From the IMG/VR virus record IMGVR_UViG_3300043411_001113, positions 1 through 32,675 of that record: a DNA stretch of 32,675 bases. One strand, 5' to 3'. The translations under genes were made by a program, and so were the position numbers. Every line of letters begins with the position of its first letter. Position 1 is the stretch's first letter. Of the stretch, positions 24,206 through 31,974 are shown piece after piece. Below the pieces are notes generated by a model. It saw nothing but the letters and a program-made list of their open reading frames with translations. It was not told the DNA's origin and made no database searches. Origin of the DNA: a virus. Its lineage: Duplodnaviria > Caudoviricetes.

Positions 24206-26508
24206 TGCTCGGCCTGTCCGCACTCCCCGACATGTTCGGCATGCCGTCGATTGAGGACGTGGACGGGAGACTGGCGTCCCCGGAGCAGATTGCGCTTTGG
24301 GAGATGCTGAAGCAGCGGCCTGAAATCCAGGACATTTTCTCCCGGGACTGGTCGGGCGAAGTGATGTCGAGCGGGGGCGCCGACGAACTGATGGGCGGGG
24401 CCTACTCCGACGTCATCGACCGGTTCGCTACCCTCGAAAGCGGCGGCGGCGAGCTGCGCTCAAACCCGATGAGCAGCGCGCGCGGGCTCCTGCACTTCCT
24501 CCCAAGCACTTGGGCGGGCGTGCTGCGGAACTATCCGGACCTCGGGTTCGCGCCGGCGGACATCGACGACGACGCGAAGCAGCGCCGGGCGGCCGAAGTG
24601 CTGATGGAACGCGAGATCGTTCCGTCGCTGCGCCGCACGCTCGGCCGGGAGCCGACCGGAGCGGAAATCTACACCGCATGGGGCCTGGGCGCCCCGGACG
24701 CGGGAAAGCTGTTCCAGGCCGACCCCAACGCCCCGGCGGCGTCCCTGTTCCGGCCGAAGGTCGCGTCGAGCAATCCATCCATCTTCTACCGCGACAAGGA
24801 AGGCACCATCCCGCGCACCGCCGCCGAGGTCGCGGCCGAGTATGCGCGCCGCTTCAACGGTGCCAAGCCAACGAAGGAGGCCCCGCCGATGCAGCCCGAA
24901 TACGACGTCGATCAGGGCATCGCCAACATGAACGACATGGCGCAGCGTGTGGGCCAGATGCGCCCGGGCCTGTCCGCGCTCGGCCCACAGCAGCAGCCCC
25001 AGGGCCTGTCCGCGCTATCGCCCTATCTCCAGCTCGCCCGCCAGCTTTCCCCGTCCCGGGAATCGAACTGGGGCGATGCCCTCATCAACGCGGGCGCCGC
25101 GATGATGCAGTCCACCCGGCCCGACTTCCTCGGCGGCCTCGGCGCAGGGTTGCAGGCCGGCAACAACACCCTCTCCCAGGGCCGGGAGCAGATGCGGGGC
25201 GACGGGCTCAAGCAGTTCTCCCTGGCAATGGATCTGGCGAAGTTCGACCAGAAGGACGGCGGCGAATACGCGATGTCCGATGGCGTCCTCTACAACAAGC
25301 GGACGGGGGCGACGCAGCAGGTCGGGGCAGGGAAGGCACCGCAGACGCGCGTCGTCGAGCGGGGCGACAAGAAGATCACCCAGGAATGGAACGGCGCGAT
25401 GTGGAAGGACGTCGGCGAGGCGCCGGCCTACCGTCCCGACAAGCCGGGCGAAGTTGAAACCCTCATCCGGCTGGCCGGGATCGAGCCTAATTCCCCGGAA
25501 GGCCGGGCGATGGCCGCGCGCATCCTGGAAAAGAAGGCCAAGGGCGAGGACGGTGGCCCGTTCCCCGGCTCGTCGATCGACGCCAGTTCCTACAACAACA
25601 TGATCGCCTACAACGAGAAGGTACGCACCGGGCAGCCGACGACGCCGCAGGAAGATATGGCGTACTCGATCGCCTATCAGCACGCGTCCAAGCCGACCCG
25701 TTGGCAGACCCCGGACGGCGCGATGTACGAGGCCCCTGGTATCGACGTGTCGGGAATGGTGCCGCCCAAGATCGGGGCGCCCGCGCCTCCTCCCGGCCCG
25801 TCATCCGCCCGGCAAACGGCGCCACCCACTACCGCCGCAGGGCAGCCGGAGTCTCGCCCATCGGGGGCCGGCGTGGGCGCACAGCCCGGCACGCGTCAGA
25901 TCGTGCCGCCGGACGAGAAACCTGTTGCCGGCGATTCCGCTGGCCGCTTCGCGCTCGTCCCGGAGGCGCGGCAGGCGCTGGACCAGGCGCAGAAGGGATA
26001 CTTCCCGGATGGCAAGTCGTTCGACCGAACGATGGCAGGCGTCGCCTGGGCGAACGTCCCGGGGACGAAGGGCGCGGAAATCTACAACGCCGTCTCCCGA
26101 GCCATTGCAAATCGCCTCCGCATCGAATCCGGCGCGGCGGCGCCCCCGGCCGAAGTCGAGGCCATGGTTAAGCGGTATCTCCCGGCGCCATGGGATTCCG
26201 ATGATATGGCCCGGCAGAAGCTGGACGGCCTCAAGCAGTATTTCGATGCCTTCGCGGTATCCGCCACGAAGGGCGCCGGCCCGGCCATTCGTGGCGAGGG
26301 AGGTTCCCCCGCATCACAACCCAGGGCGACGAATGACCTCCCGCCGCCAGAGGCGTTCGCCACCATGGACCGAGCGGCAATCGACCAGATGACGCCGCGC
26401 GTCCGCGACATGACGGATGACCAGCTTCGGGCGCTACAGGCGCGCCGCCGCCAGTTGCTCGGCATCACGTCGGGGTCCGGGATGACCGGTAGCGGAGGGG
26501 CGCCGTAA
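24205..26508 (+). CDS. Ejection protein with N-terminal lytic transglycosylase-like domain
   Basis: TGATG overlap start; LESGG...SSARGL.HF..STW...LGREPT..E.Y.A..LG lysozyme-like (GH23) motifs. Confidence 0.75.
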   Translation: MLGLSALPDMFGMPSIEDVDGRLASPEQIALWEMLKQRPEIQDIFSRDWSGEVMSSGGADELMGGAYSDVIDRFATLESGGGELRSNPMSSARGLLHFLPSTWAGVLRNYPDLGFAPADIDDDAKQRRAAEVLMEREIVPSLRRTLGREPTGAEIYTAWGLGAPDAGKLFQADPNAPAASLFRPKVASSNPSIFYRDKEGTIPRTAAEVAAEYARRFNGAKPTKEAPPMQPEYDVDQGIANMNDMAQRVGQMRPGLSALGPQQQPQGLSALSPYLQLARQLSPSRESNWGDALINAGAAMMQSTRPDFLGGLGAGLQAGNNTLSQGREQMRGDGLKQFSLAMDLAKFDQKDGGEYAMSDGVLYNKRTGATQQVGAGKAPQTRVVERGDKKITQEWNGAMWKDVGEAPAYRPDKPGEVETLIRLAGIEPNSPEGRAMAARILEKKAKGEDGGPFPGSSIDASSYNNMIAYNEKVRTGQPTTPQEDMAYSIAYQHASKPTRWQTPDGAMYEAPGIDVSGMVPPKIGAPAPPPGPSSARQTAPPTTAAGQPESRPSGAGVGAQPGTRQIVPPDEKPVAGDSAGRFALVPEARQALDQAQKGYFPDGKSFDRTMAGVAWANVPGTKGAEIYNAVSRAIANRLRIESGAAAPPAEVEAMVKRYLPAPWDSDDMARQKLDGLKQYFDAFAVSATKGAGPAIRGEGGSPASQPRATNDLPPPEAFATMDRAAIDQMTPRVRDMTDDQLRALQARRRQLLGITSGSGMTGSGGAP

Positions 26509-29078
26509 TGGACCCGGTCGAGGCGGAACTGGCCCGGCGCGGGCTGTCGGTTCGAGGCGCCGCAACGGCCCCGGTGTCCGATGACCCGGTGGAGCAGGAA
26601 CTTGCCCGGCGCGGGCTCTCTGTCGACAGCGGCCCGTCATTCACGGACGAAGCAACCGCCGTTCTGTCCGGCCCCAACGCGGTGATCGCCAACTGGCTGG
26701 GCTTCCCGGTCGACGCCGCGAACTGGTTGCTGCGGCAGGTCGGGATCGACAGCAATGCACGGTTCGGCGGCTCGGACGCGATCAAGTCCGGCATGAACGC
26801 GTTGGGTATCGCGACGGATCGGACGCCGCAGACGGCGGGTGGCCGCGTCGCAAAGCGCGTGGCGGAGGAACTGACGACGGCGCCTCTGATGATGATGGGC
26901 GCCGGAGCCGTATCGAAGGCCGCGAACCTCGGCCCTACCGCGTCCACGGTCCTCGGGTCGTTCACGTCCAATCCTGGCACGCAGCTTCTGGCGTCGACCG
27001 GCGCGGGCATTGGAGGGGGCGTAGCACGAGAGATCGCCCCGGACAGCGCGGGCGCCGACGTCGCCGGCTCCATTGTCGGCGGTGTCATCGGTTCGGCGCT
27101 GCCTTCTGCGGCGCAGTACGCGTGGGATATGGGCGGCGCCATTACTGCACCGTTCCGCGAGGAGGGACGCCGCGCGATCGTCGGGCGCACGCTCCAGCGC
27201 GCGTCCGGCTCCGGCGAGAACTTGGGCCTCGCAGTCGACGACGCGCTGGCCACGAACCCGCAGATCATCCCGGGCTCCAATCCGACCACGGCCCAACTGT
27301 TGCGGGACGACGGGCTAGCGGCGACGGAGCGCGGCCTTCGGTCGGATTCGAAGGTCGCGGCGCAGTTCTCCCAGCGGGCGGCGAACCAAGCGGCAGCGCG
27401 CGCGGAAGCCATTAATTCCGGCATCCCGAACACGCAAGGATCGGCACCGGCGGTTAAGTCGGCCGTCGAGAATCGCGTCGGCCAGTTCACCGAGTTCGCC
27501 GATGACATCGTCGCACGGACAGAGGAAGAGGTTCGCCGGCGCCTCTCCGCCCTTGGCCCGAACACGGACCCGGAGGACGCTGGCCGTGCGATCCGGGAGG
27601 CGATCCAGAGCCGCCGCGACGCGCTGGCGCAGATCAGAGACCGGGCTACGCGTCCGCTCTACGATGCCGCTCGGTCGGAGACGGCGGCGGTCGACCCGGC
27701 GCCCGCGCTGGGTGTGATCGACGACGCGCTGCGCACGGCAAAGGGCGACATTGCGAACGCGCTGGATCGCGCCCGCGGCAACTTCTTCGTTCGCGGGACC
27801 GGGGGCGGCATCGACACGACGCCCGAGGGGCTGATGGGCACCCGGCAGTCGCTGACCGCGATGCTGGCGGACCCCGCCATTCCGCCCTACTCGAAAACCA
27901 TCATCAAGGATGCTCAGTCCCGCCTGGACGAAGCGATCGAGGCTGTCTCGCCGACGTTCCGCGAGGCGAACCGCCAGTATCGGGAACTCAGCATCCCAAT
28001 CACCCGCATGGACGAGCGTCTAAGCGGGGAGGTTCTTCGCACAAACCCCGCGCTCGCTCGCGCCGGAGGGCCGGCCTACGAGATGCCGGAGAGCGCGGTC
28101 CCCGGCAAGTTCATCCGGCGTGGCCCCGGCGGCCCCGAGGCCGCCCGCGAACTGGCCGAGATGACGGCCGGCTCTCCCGGCGCCCAGGAAGCGATCACGG
28201 GCCGGCTCGCGACATCCCTGCGGGACTACGCGACCAAGGAGGACGGCACCCTCAACCCACTCAAGTGGCGGAAGTGGGTGACCGACAACCGCGCCATCCT
28301 GGAGCAGCAGCCCGGACTGCGCCGGCAGTTGGATTCCATGCAGTCCGCGCAAGCCGTCGTCGACAGCCTCGCCGGGCGCCAGACGCGCACCATGGCCGAC
28401 ATGCAGAAGGGCGCGCTCGGCTACGTTCTGAAGCAGGACCCGAAGGAGGCCATCGGGTCGATCCTCGAATCCAAGTCGGCGGCCCAGGAGATGGACCGGC
28501 TGATGGGCGTCATTCGCCGCGATCCCAATGCCCAGGCCGCGCTTCGCCGCGCCGTTGTCGAGCACGGGTGGATGGGATCGCAGTCGGCGGGCGCCGTGGA
28601 TTCACTCGGCAACCCCATCGTGTCGACGGACAAGTTCCTGCGGTTCCTGAAGGACAACCGGGACGCGCTGTCCGTGGCTTTCCGGGGGCAGCCGCAGCAG
28701 CTTCGACTGATGGAGCAGGTCGCGGAGGACTTGCAGCGGTCGAATTGGTCGAATGTCGGCGGCCGGGTCGCCGGATCGAACACCAGTCAGAACCTCACGA
28801 CGGCCAACATCATCGGCGCGGTGTTCCGCGGGACGGTCAACCCGACCAGCCTGCCGATCAACGCGACCGCCGGGCGCCTCATCCAGTTCCTCTATCGGGT
28901 GCCGGAGGCGCAGATGCAGGAAATGCTGGTCGACGCGATGCTGGACCCGACCATCGCTCGGGCCATGCTCCGGCCTGCCACGCCCTACAACCTGGACGCC
29001 ATCATGCGCCCGCTCCAGCAGCGGCTGCTAGCAACCACTGCAATAACGTCCACGCAAGATAGGCAAGACCGGCCCTGA
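26508..29078 (+). CDS. Large helical ejection (DNA transfer) protein
   Basis: TAATG overlap; A/G-rich hydrophobic N-terminal region, helical body, GSNT..N and DP..A..L motifs; duplicated DPVE.ELARRGLSV N-terminus. Confidence 0.75.
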   Translation: MDPVEAELARRGLSVRGAATAPVSDDPVEQELARRGLSVDSGPSFTDEATAVLSGPNAVIANWLGFPVDAANWLLRQVGIDSNARFGGSDAIKSGMNALGIATDRTPQTAGGRVAKRVAEELTTAPLMMMGAGAVSKAANLGPTASTVLGSFTSNPGTQLLASTGAGIGGGVAREIAPDSAGADVAGSIVGGVIGSALPSAAQYAWDMGGAITAPFREEGRRAIVGRTLQRASGSGENLGLAVDDALATNPQIIPGSNPTTAQLLRDDGLAATERGLRSDSKVAAQFSQRAANQAAARAEAINSGIPNTQGSAPAVKSAVENRVGQFTEFADDIVARTEEEVRRRLSALGPNTDPEDAGRAIREAIQSRRDALAQIRDRATRPLYDAARSETAAVDPAPALGVIDDALRTAKGDIANALDRARGNFFVRGTGGGIDTTPEGLMGTRQSLTAMLADPAIPPYSKTIIKDAQSRLDEAIEAVSPTFREANRQYRELSIPITRMDERLSGEVLRTNPALARAGGPAYEMPESAVPGKFIRRGPGGPEAARELAEMTAGSPGAQEAITGRLATSLRDYATKEDGTLNPLKWRKWVTDNRAILEQQPGLRRQLDSMQSAQAVVDSLAGRQTRTMADMQKGALGYVLKQDPKEAIGSILESKSAAQEMDRLMGVIRRDPNAQAALRRAVVEHGWMGSQSAGAVDSLGNPIVSTDKFLRFLKDNRDALSVAFRGQPQQLRLMEQVAEDLQRSNWSNVGGRVAGSNTSQNLTTANIIGAVFRGTVNPTSLPINATAGRLIQFLYRVPEAQMQEMLVDAMLDPTIARAMLRPATPYNLDAIMRPLQQRLLATTAITSTQDRQDRP

Positions 29079-29162
29079 CCGCCCAGAGAAGGACGGTCTC
29101 GGCCACGACGAGGGCGAACACCCTCCATCTCTACCACCCATCCGCGTCCGGGAGAACCGCCC

Positions 29163-29441
29163 ATGCGCACCGAATGTTTCTTCGCATTGGCCTTGCTGGC
29201 CTCCCCCGCCTTGGCGCAGCCATCCTGCGGCCCGACGCCCGAGGTCGCGGCCGAGCTTCTCAAGCAGTTCCAGGAGCGCCGGATCGCAACCGGCGAGATG
29301 CGCCCGGGCGGGACGCTGGTGATCTACGCGACGCGCGACGGCTCGACGTGGACGGCGATCCGCGAGATGCCGGATGGCGTGTCGTGTTTCCTGTCGGCTG
29401 GCGAGAAATGGCGCCAGGTGATCGTCGGGCGGGGGGCGTAG
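29163..29441 (+). CDS. Small secreted protein
   Basis: Signal peptide ending ALA-Q; C...F.E...G...TWT...PDG.SC...GE.W. Confidence 0.7.
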   Translation: MRTECFFALALLASPALAQPSCGPTPEVAAELLKQFQERRIATGEMRPGGTLVIYATRDGSTWTAIREMPDGVSCFLSAGEKWRQVIVGRGA

Positions 29442-29443
29442 AG

Positions 29444-29701
29444 GTGGCCGGCGAAACCGGGCTCGACCGGGCTCTCGGGCGGTTGGAGGGGAAGTTGGAA
29501 GAGGTCCTGAACGCTCGGCAGCGGCGTGACGAGGCCGTGGACGACCGGCTCGACCGGATGGAGCACGACATCCGCGAGATTCGCGACCTGCTGGCCAACG
29601 CCAAGGGCGGGTGGAAGGTGTTGCTGATCATCGGCGGCATCGCGGGCATGGCCGGCGGGTGGATCGTGCCGGCGGCCGTCAAGCGATTCATGGGGTGGTG
29701 A
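29444..29701 (+). CDS. Coiled-coil protein with C-terminal TM segment (holin-like)
   Basis: GTG at 29444; GRLEGKLE...coiled coil followed by GGWKVLLIIGGIAGMAGG. Confidence 0.65.
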   Translation: MAGETGLDRALGRLEGKLEEVLNARQRRDEAVDDRLDRMEHDIREIRDLLANAKGGWKVLLIIGGIAGMAGGWIVPAAVKRFMGW

Positions 29702-29702
29702 A

Positions 29703-29765
29703 GTGACCCGCGAAGTCAATCAAGCCGGGGTCGATTGCAGAACATTGCGCGAACAGGTAGAATAA
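29703..29765 (+). pseudogene. Possible 5' remnant of a GH24 phage lysozyme
   Basis: GTG one base after the previous stop; MTREVNQAGVD resembles lysozyme N-termini of the M.R.IN.AG.DLIK.FEG type, then runs into the HNH-2 promoter. Confidence 0.4.
29735..29763 (+). promoter_or_regulatory. Sigma70 promoter of HNH-2 with LexA box
   Basis: TTGCAG-N17-TAGAAT; GAAC-ATTGCGC-GAAC at 29740-29754 occupies the spacer. Confidence 0.8.
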
Positions 29766-29767
29766 GC

Positions 29768-29831
29768 GGGCCGAAAGAGCGCGCCAACGCTCGTCCGGCC
29801 CTGACCCCACCAGCCTTTGAAGGAGGCCGGC
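29768..29831 (+). promoter_or_regulatory. Structured 5' leader of HNH-2
   Basis: GGGCCG..GAGCG-CGCCAA-CGCTC..CGGCCC, then TGACC, then a GCCT/AGGC hairpin overlapping SD AGGAGG. Confidence 0.7.
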
Positions 29832-30416
29832 ATGGCTGACGCGATTCCTACCATTTTGGGTGACTCGGCGCTTTTGGAAAAGGCGCGGCGTCGGCTTGCC
29901 CAGTACGCACGCACGATGCCTTCCGGATGCGTTGAGTGGTCCAGCACTCGGAACGAAAACGGCTACGGCAATGTGTCGTTCGGCCGGAAGCTGCGGGCTC
30001 GCTCACATCGCGTTTCATGGGCTCTGGCTAACGGCAGAGACCCAGGGTCAATGTGCGTTTGCCATCGATGCGACAACCCGTCTTGCATGAATCCGGAGCA
30101 TCTGTTCCTCGGCACAAAGCGCGAGAATACCCGCGACATGATGGGGAAGGGGCGGATGGTCCCGCCCCCCGTGCACTGGGGCGACGCGCACCCACTACGG
30201 CGAAATGCGGAGGCAGTAAGCCGTGGAGAGCGAAACGGCATGTCCAAACTGACATCCGGTCAGGTCCTGGAAATTTTCCGGTCGAGCGAAGGGTGCACCG
30301 CCATCCAGCGGCGCTTCGGCGTGTCCGAGGCAACCATTCTCGATATCCGGGCCGGACGAACATGGCGTCACGTGACCGGCCTGCCGGCGCCCGCATCAAG
30401 ATCGAAAAGAGGGTGA
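29832..30416 (+). CDS. HNH homing endonuclease with C-terminal HTH (HNH-2)
   Basis: C.EW....N.NGYG, SHRVSW, VCHRCDNP.C.NP.HLFLGT..EN..DM..KGR, GERNGMSKLT..QV..FGVS. Confidence 0.9.
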   Translation: MADAIPTILGDSALLEKARRRLAQYARTMPSGCVEWSSTRNENGYGNVSFGRKLRARSHRVSWALANGRDPGSMCVCHRCDNPSCMNPEHLFLGTKRENTRDMMGKGRMVPPPVHWGDAHPLRRNAEAVSRGERNGMSKLTSGQVLEIFRSSEGCTAIQRRFGVSEATILDIRAGRTWRHVTGLPAPASRSKRG

Positions 30417-30417
30417 C

Positions 30418-30636
30418 ATGGAACAGATCGCGCTTCTCGGCTTCGCGCTTCGCTTCCTCTACGCGACGGCCGGCCTTCTCGGCACCGTCGTCACGTTCCG
30501 GTGGCTGAACAAGCTGGCCGGGAACCAGTTCGACGAAGCGTTCGCCGGCATCACCCGCGAGCCGCACGCCGCTGCGCTCTACTTCGGCCTGCGGGCGCTG
30601 GGTGTGTTCGTCTACTACGGGATGATTCTCGGGTGA
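30418..30636 (+). CDS. Putative holin
   Basis: 72 aa with two hydrophobic segments; stop overlaps the endolysin start. Confidence 0.6.
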   Translation: MEQIALLGFALRFLYATAGLLGTVVTFRWLNKLAGNQFDEAFAGITREPHAAALYFGLRALGVFVYYGMILG

Positions 30637-31220
30637 TGCGCCCCGTCCTGGCGGCCCTGATCGGCGTCCTTCTGGGCGCCTTTTTTGTGCCCGCGGCGCA
30701 GGCGCAAGCCTTCCTCCGCAACGACCGCTTCGATGCCGACATCCGCCGCGCGGTGAAGCTGTACCTGCCGGCGCAGGACTGGCGGCTGTGGAAGGCGCAA
30801 CTCGCCGCCGAAAGCCGGCTCAACCCGAACGCCCGCTCGCCGGTCGGGGCGGAGGGCATCGCGCAGTTCATGCCGGCGACTTGGCGCGAAATCCTGCCTG
30901 CCATCGGGCTCGACCCGAAGCTGGCGCCGCGCACCGAAGCATCGGTCGCCATCGAGGCCGGTGCCTTCTACATGGCGCGGCTGTGGCGGCAGTGGACGGG
31001 CTGGAGCGGCACCAGGGGCCAGGACGCCTACGACCACGCCATCGCCGGCTACAATGCCGGCAGCGGTCACATCCTCAAGGCATGGCGCGCGTGCGGTCGC
31101 CCCGGCCCGTGGGACAGCACCGTTCGCTGTCTGCCGCAGATCACCGGCCGGCACTCCGAGGAAACCCGGACCTACGTCATCCGCATCCGCGGCTTCTTCA
31201 CCGCCCTGGTGGCGGGCTGA
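30636..31220 (+). CDS. Endolysin, SLT lytic transglycosylase with signal peptide
   Basis: ATG 30636; AQ..AES..NP.A.SPVGA.G.AQFMP.TW, YNAG and ET..YV motifs; N-terminal hydrophobic segment ending AQA. Confidence 0.85.
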   Translation: MRPVLAALIGVLLGAFFVPAAQAQAFLRNDRFDADIRRAVKLYLPAQDWRLWKAQLAAESRLNPNARSPVGAEGIAQFMPATWREILPAIGLDPKLAPRTEASVAIEAGAFYMARLWRQWTGWSGTRGQDAYDHAIAGYNAGSGHILKAWRACGRPGPWDSTVRCLPQITGRHSEETRTYVIRIRGFFTALVAG

Positions 31221-31375
31221 TGCCTGAATGGCTCGCCGGCCTCGCTGCCGGCGTCCTCGCAATCGCCATCCTCGCCTGGGCCGCGGATCGCGGCTGCCTC
31301 CCGGTCTACGCGACGGCGGAGGAAGCCGCAGCGGTCAGGGCGCGGGCGCCGTGGGATGTGCGGCTACCTCGGTAA
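31220..31375 (+). CDS. Small N-terminal TM protein (51 aa, possibly truncated)
   Basis: TGATG overlap with the endolysin; 3' end overlaps the HNH-3 stop. Confidence 0.5.
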   Translation: MPEWLAGLAAGVLAIAILAWAADRGCLPVYATAEEAAAVRARAPWDVRLPR

Positions 31376-31903
31376 CCACTTCCAGCAGTGCCAATGCACA
31401 ATATTGGCAATCAGTTGGTTGGAGACTCCAAACCGAGCCGCGACCTCCACCTGGGTCAATGCTTTCGATGCGACAATGTGCCGGATCTCTAGAACTTGTG
31501 CGGCGGTTAGCTTCGAGCGGCCGTGGCGCTCGCCGCGCGTGCTGCGGCCGTGCCGAACGGTATCGCGCACGTTTTCCATGACAGTGGCCCAGCGTAGGTT
31601 GCTAGGGGTGTTGTTCATTTGGTCTCCATCGCCGTGCGCGACCACATGGGCCGGGGACGGCGCCGGGTCTAAGAATGCGGCTGCTACAAGGCGATGAATG
31701 CGTCTCGTTTGGTGCCGCGGACGGTCTTTCAGCGTCACGCACAGATACCCGTAGCGGTCCTTCCACGGCGCGCGCAGCCTCCCAGCTACCGCCCCCTTCT
31801 TGGGCGCTCCCGCCATAGCACGACGCACGCGCCCGTGGTTGCTGACCTCATAGGGCCAGCCTTCCACCGGCCGCCATTCTTCGGGTATTGAATCGGAAGC
31901 CAT
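31364..31903 (-). CDS. NUMOD4-HNH homing endonuclease with C-terminal HTH (HNH-3)
   Basis: EEWRPVEGWPYEVSNHGRVR, IHRLVAAAF, AHGDGD..NN..NLRWAT..EN, GERHGRSKLT...FGVS. Confidence 0.9.
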   Translation of the reverse strand: MASDSIPEEWRPVEGWPYEVSNHGRVRRAMAGAPKKGAVAGRLRAPWKDRYGYLCVTLKDRPRHQTRRIHRLVAAAFLDPAPSPAHVVAHGDGDQMNNTPSNLRWATVMENVRDTVRHGRSTRGERHGRSKLTAAQVLEIRHIVASKALTQVEVAARFGVSNQLIANIVHWHCWKWLPR

Positions 31904-31971
31904 CTTGCCGTGCTCCTACATGGCAGTTGGTCAGAAGCCGGCGTTGACGGGGCCAACCGTCCGCCGGCTTC
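31904..31971 (-). promoter_or_regulatory. Structured 5' leader of HNH-3
   Basis: Hairpin 31934-31971 (10-bp plus 5-bp stems, loop UUGGCC), then UGACC, then hairpin 31906-31925 with AGGAG in the loop. Confidence 0.7.
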
Positions 31972-31974
31972 GCT

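Noticed and set aside
29817-29831. TTG start for HNH-2 at 29817 (likewise 6153 for HNH-1)
   Set aside because: These codons lie within the SD hairpin; the ATGs at 29832 and 6135 have properly placed SDs, and 6135 matches the HNH-3 start
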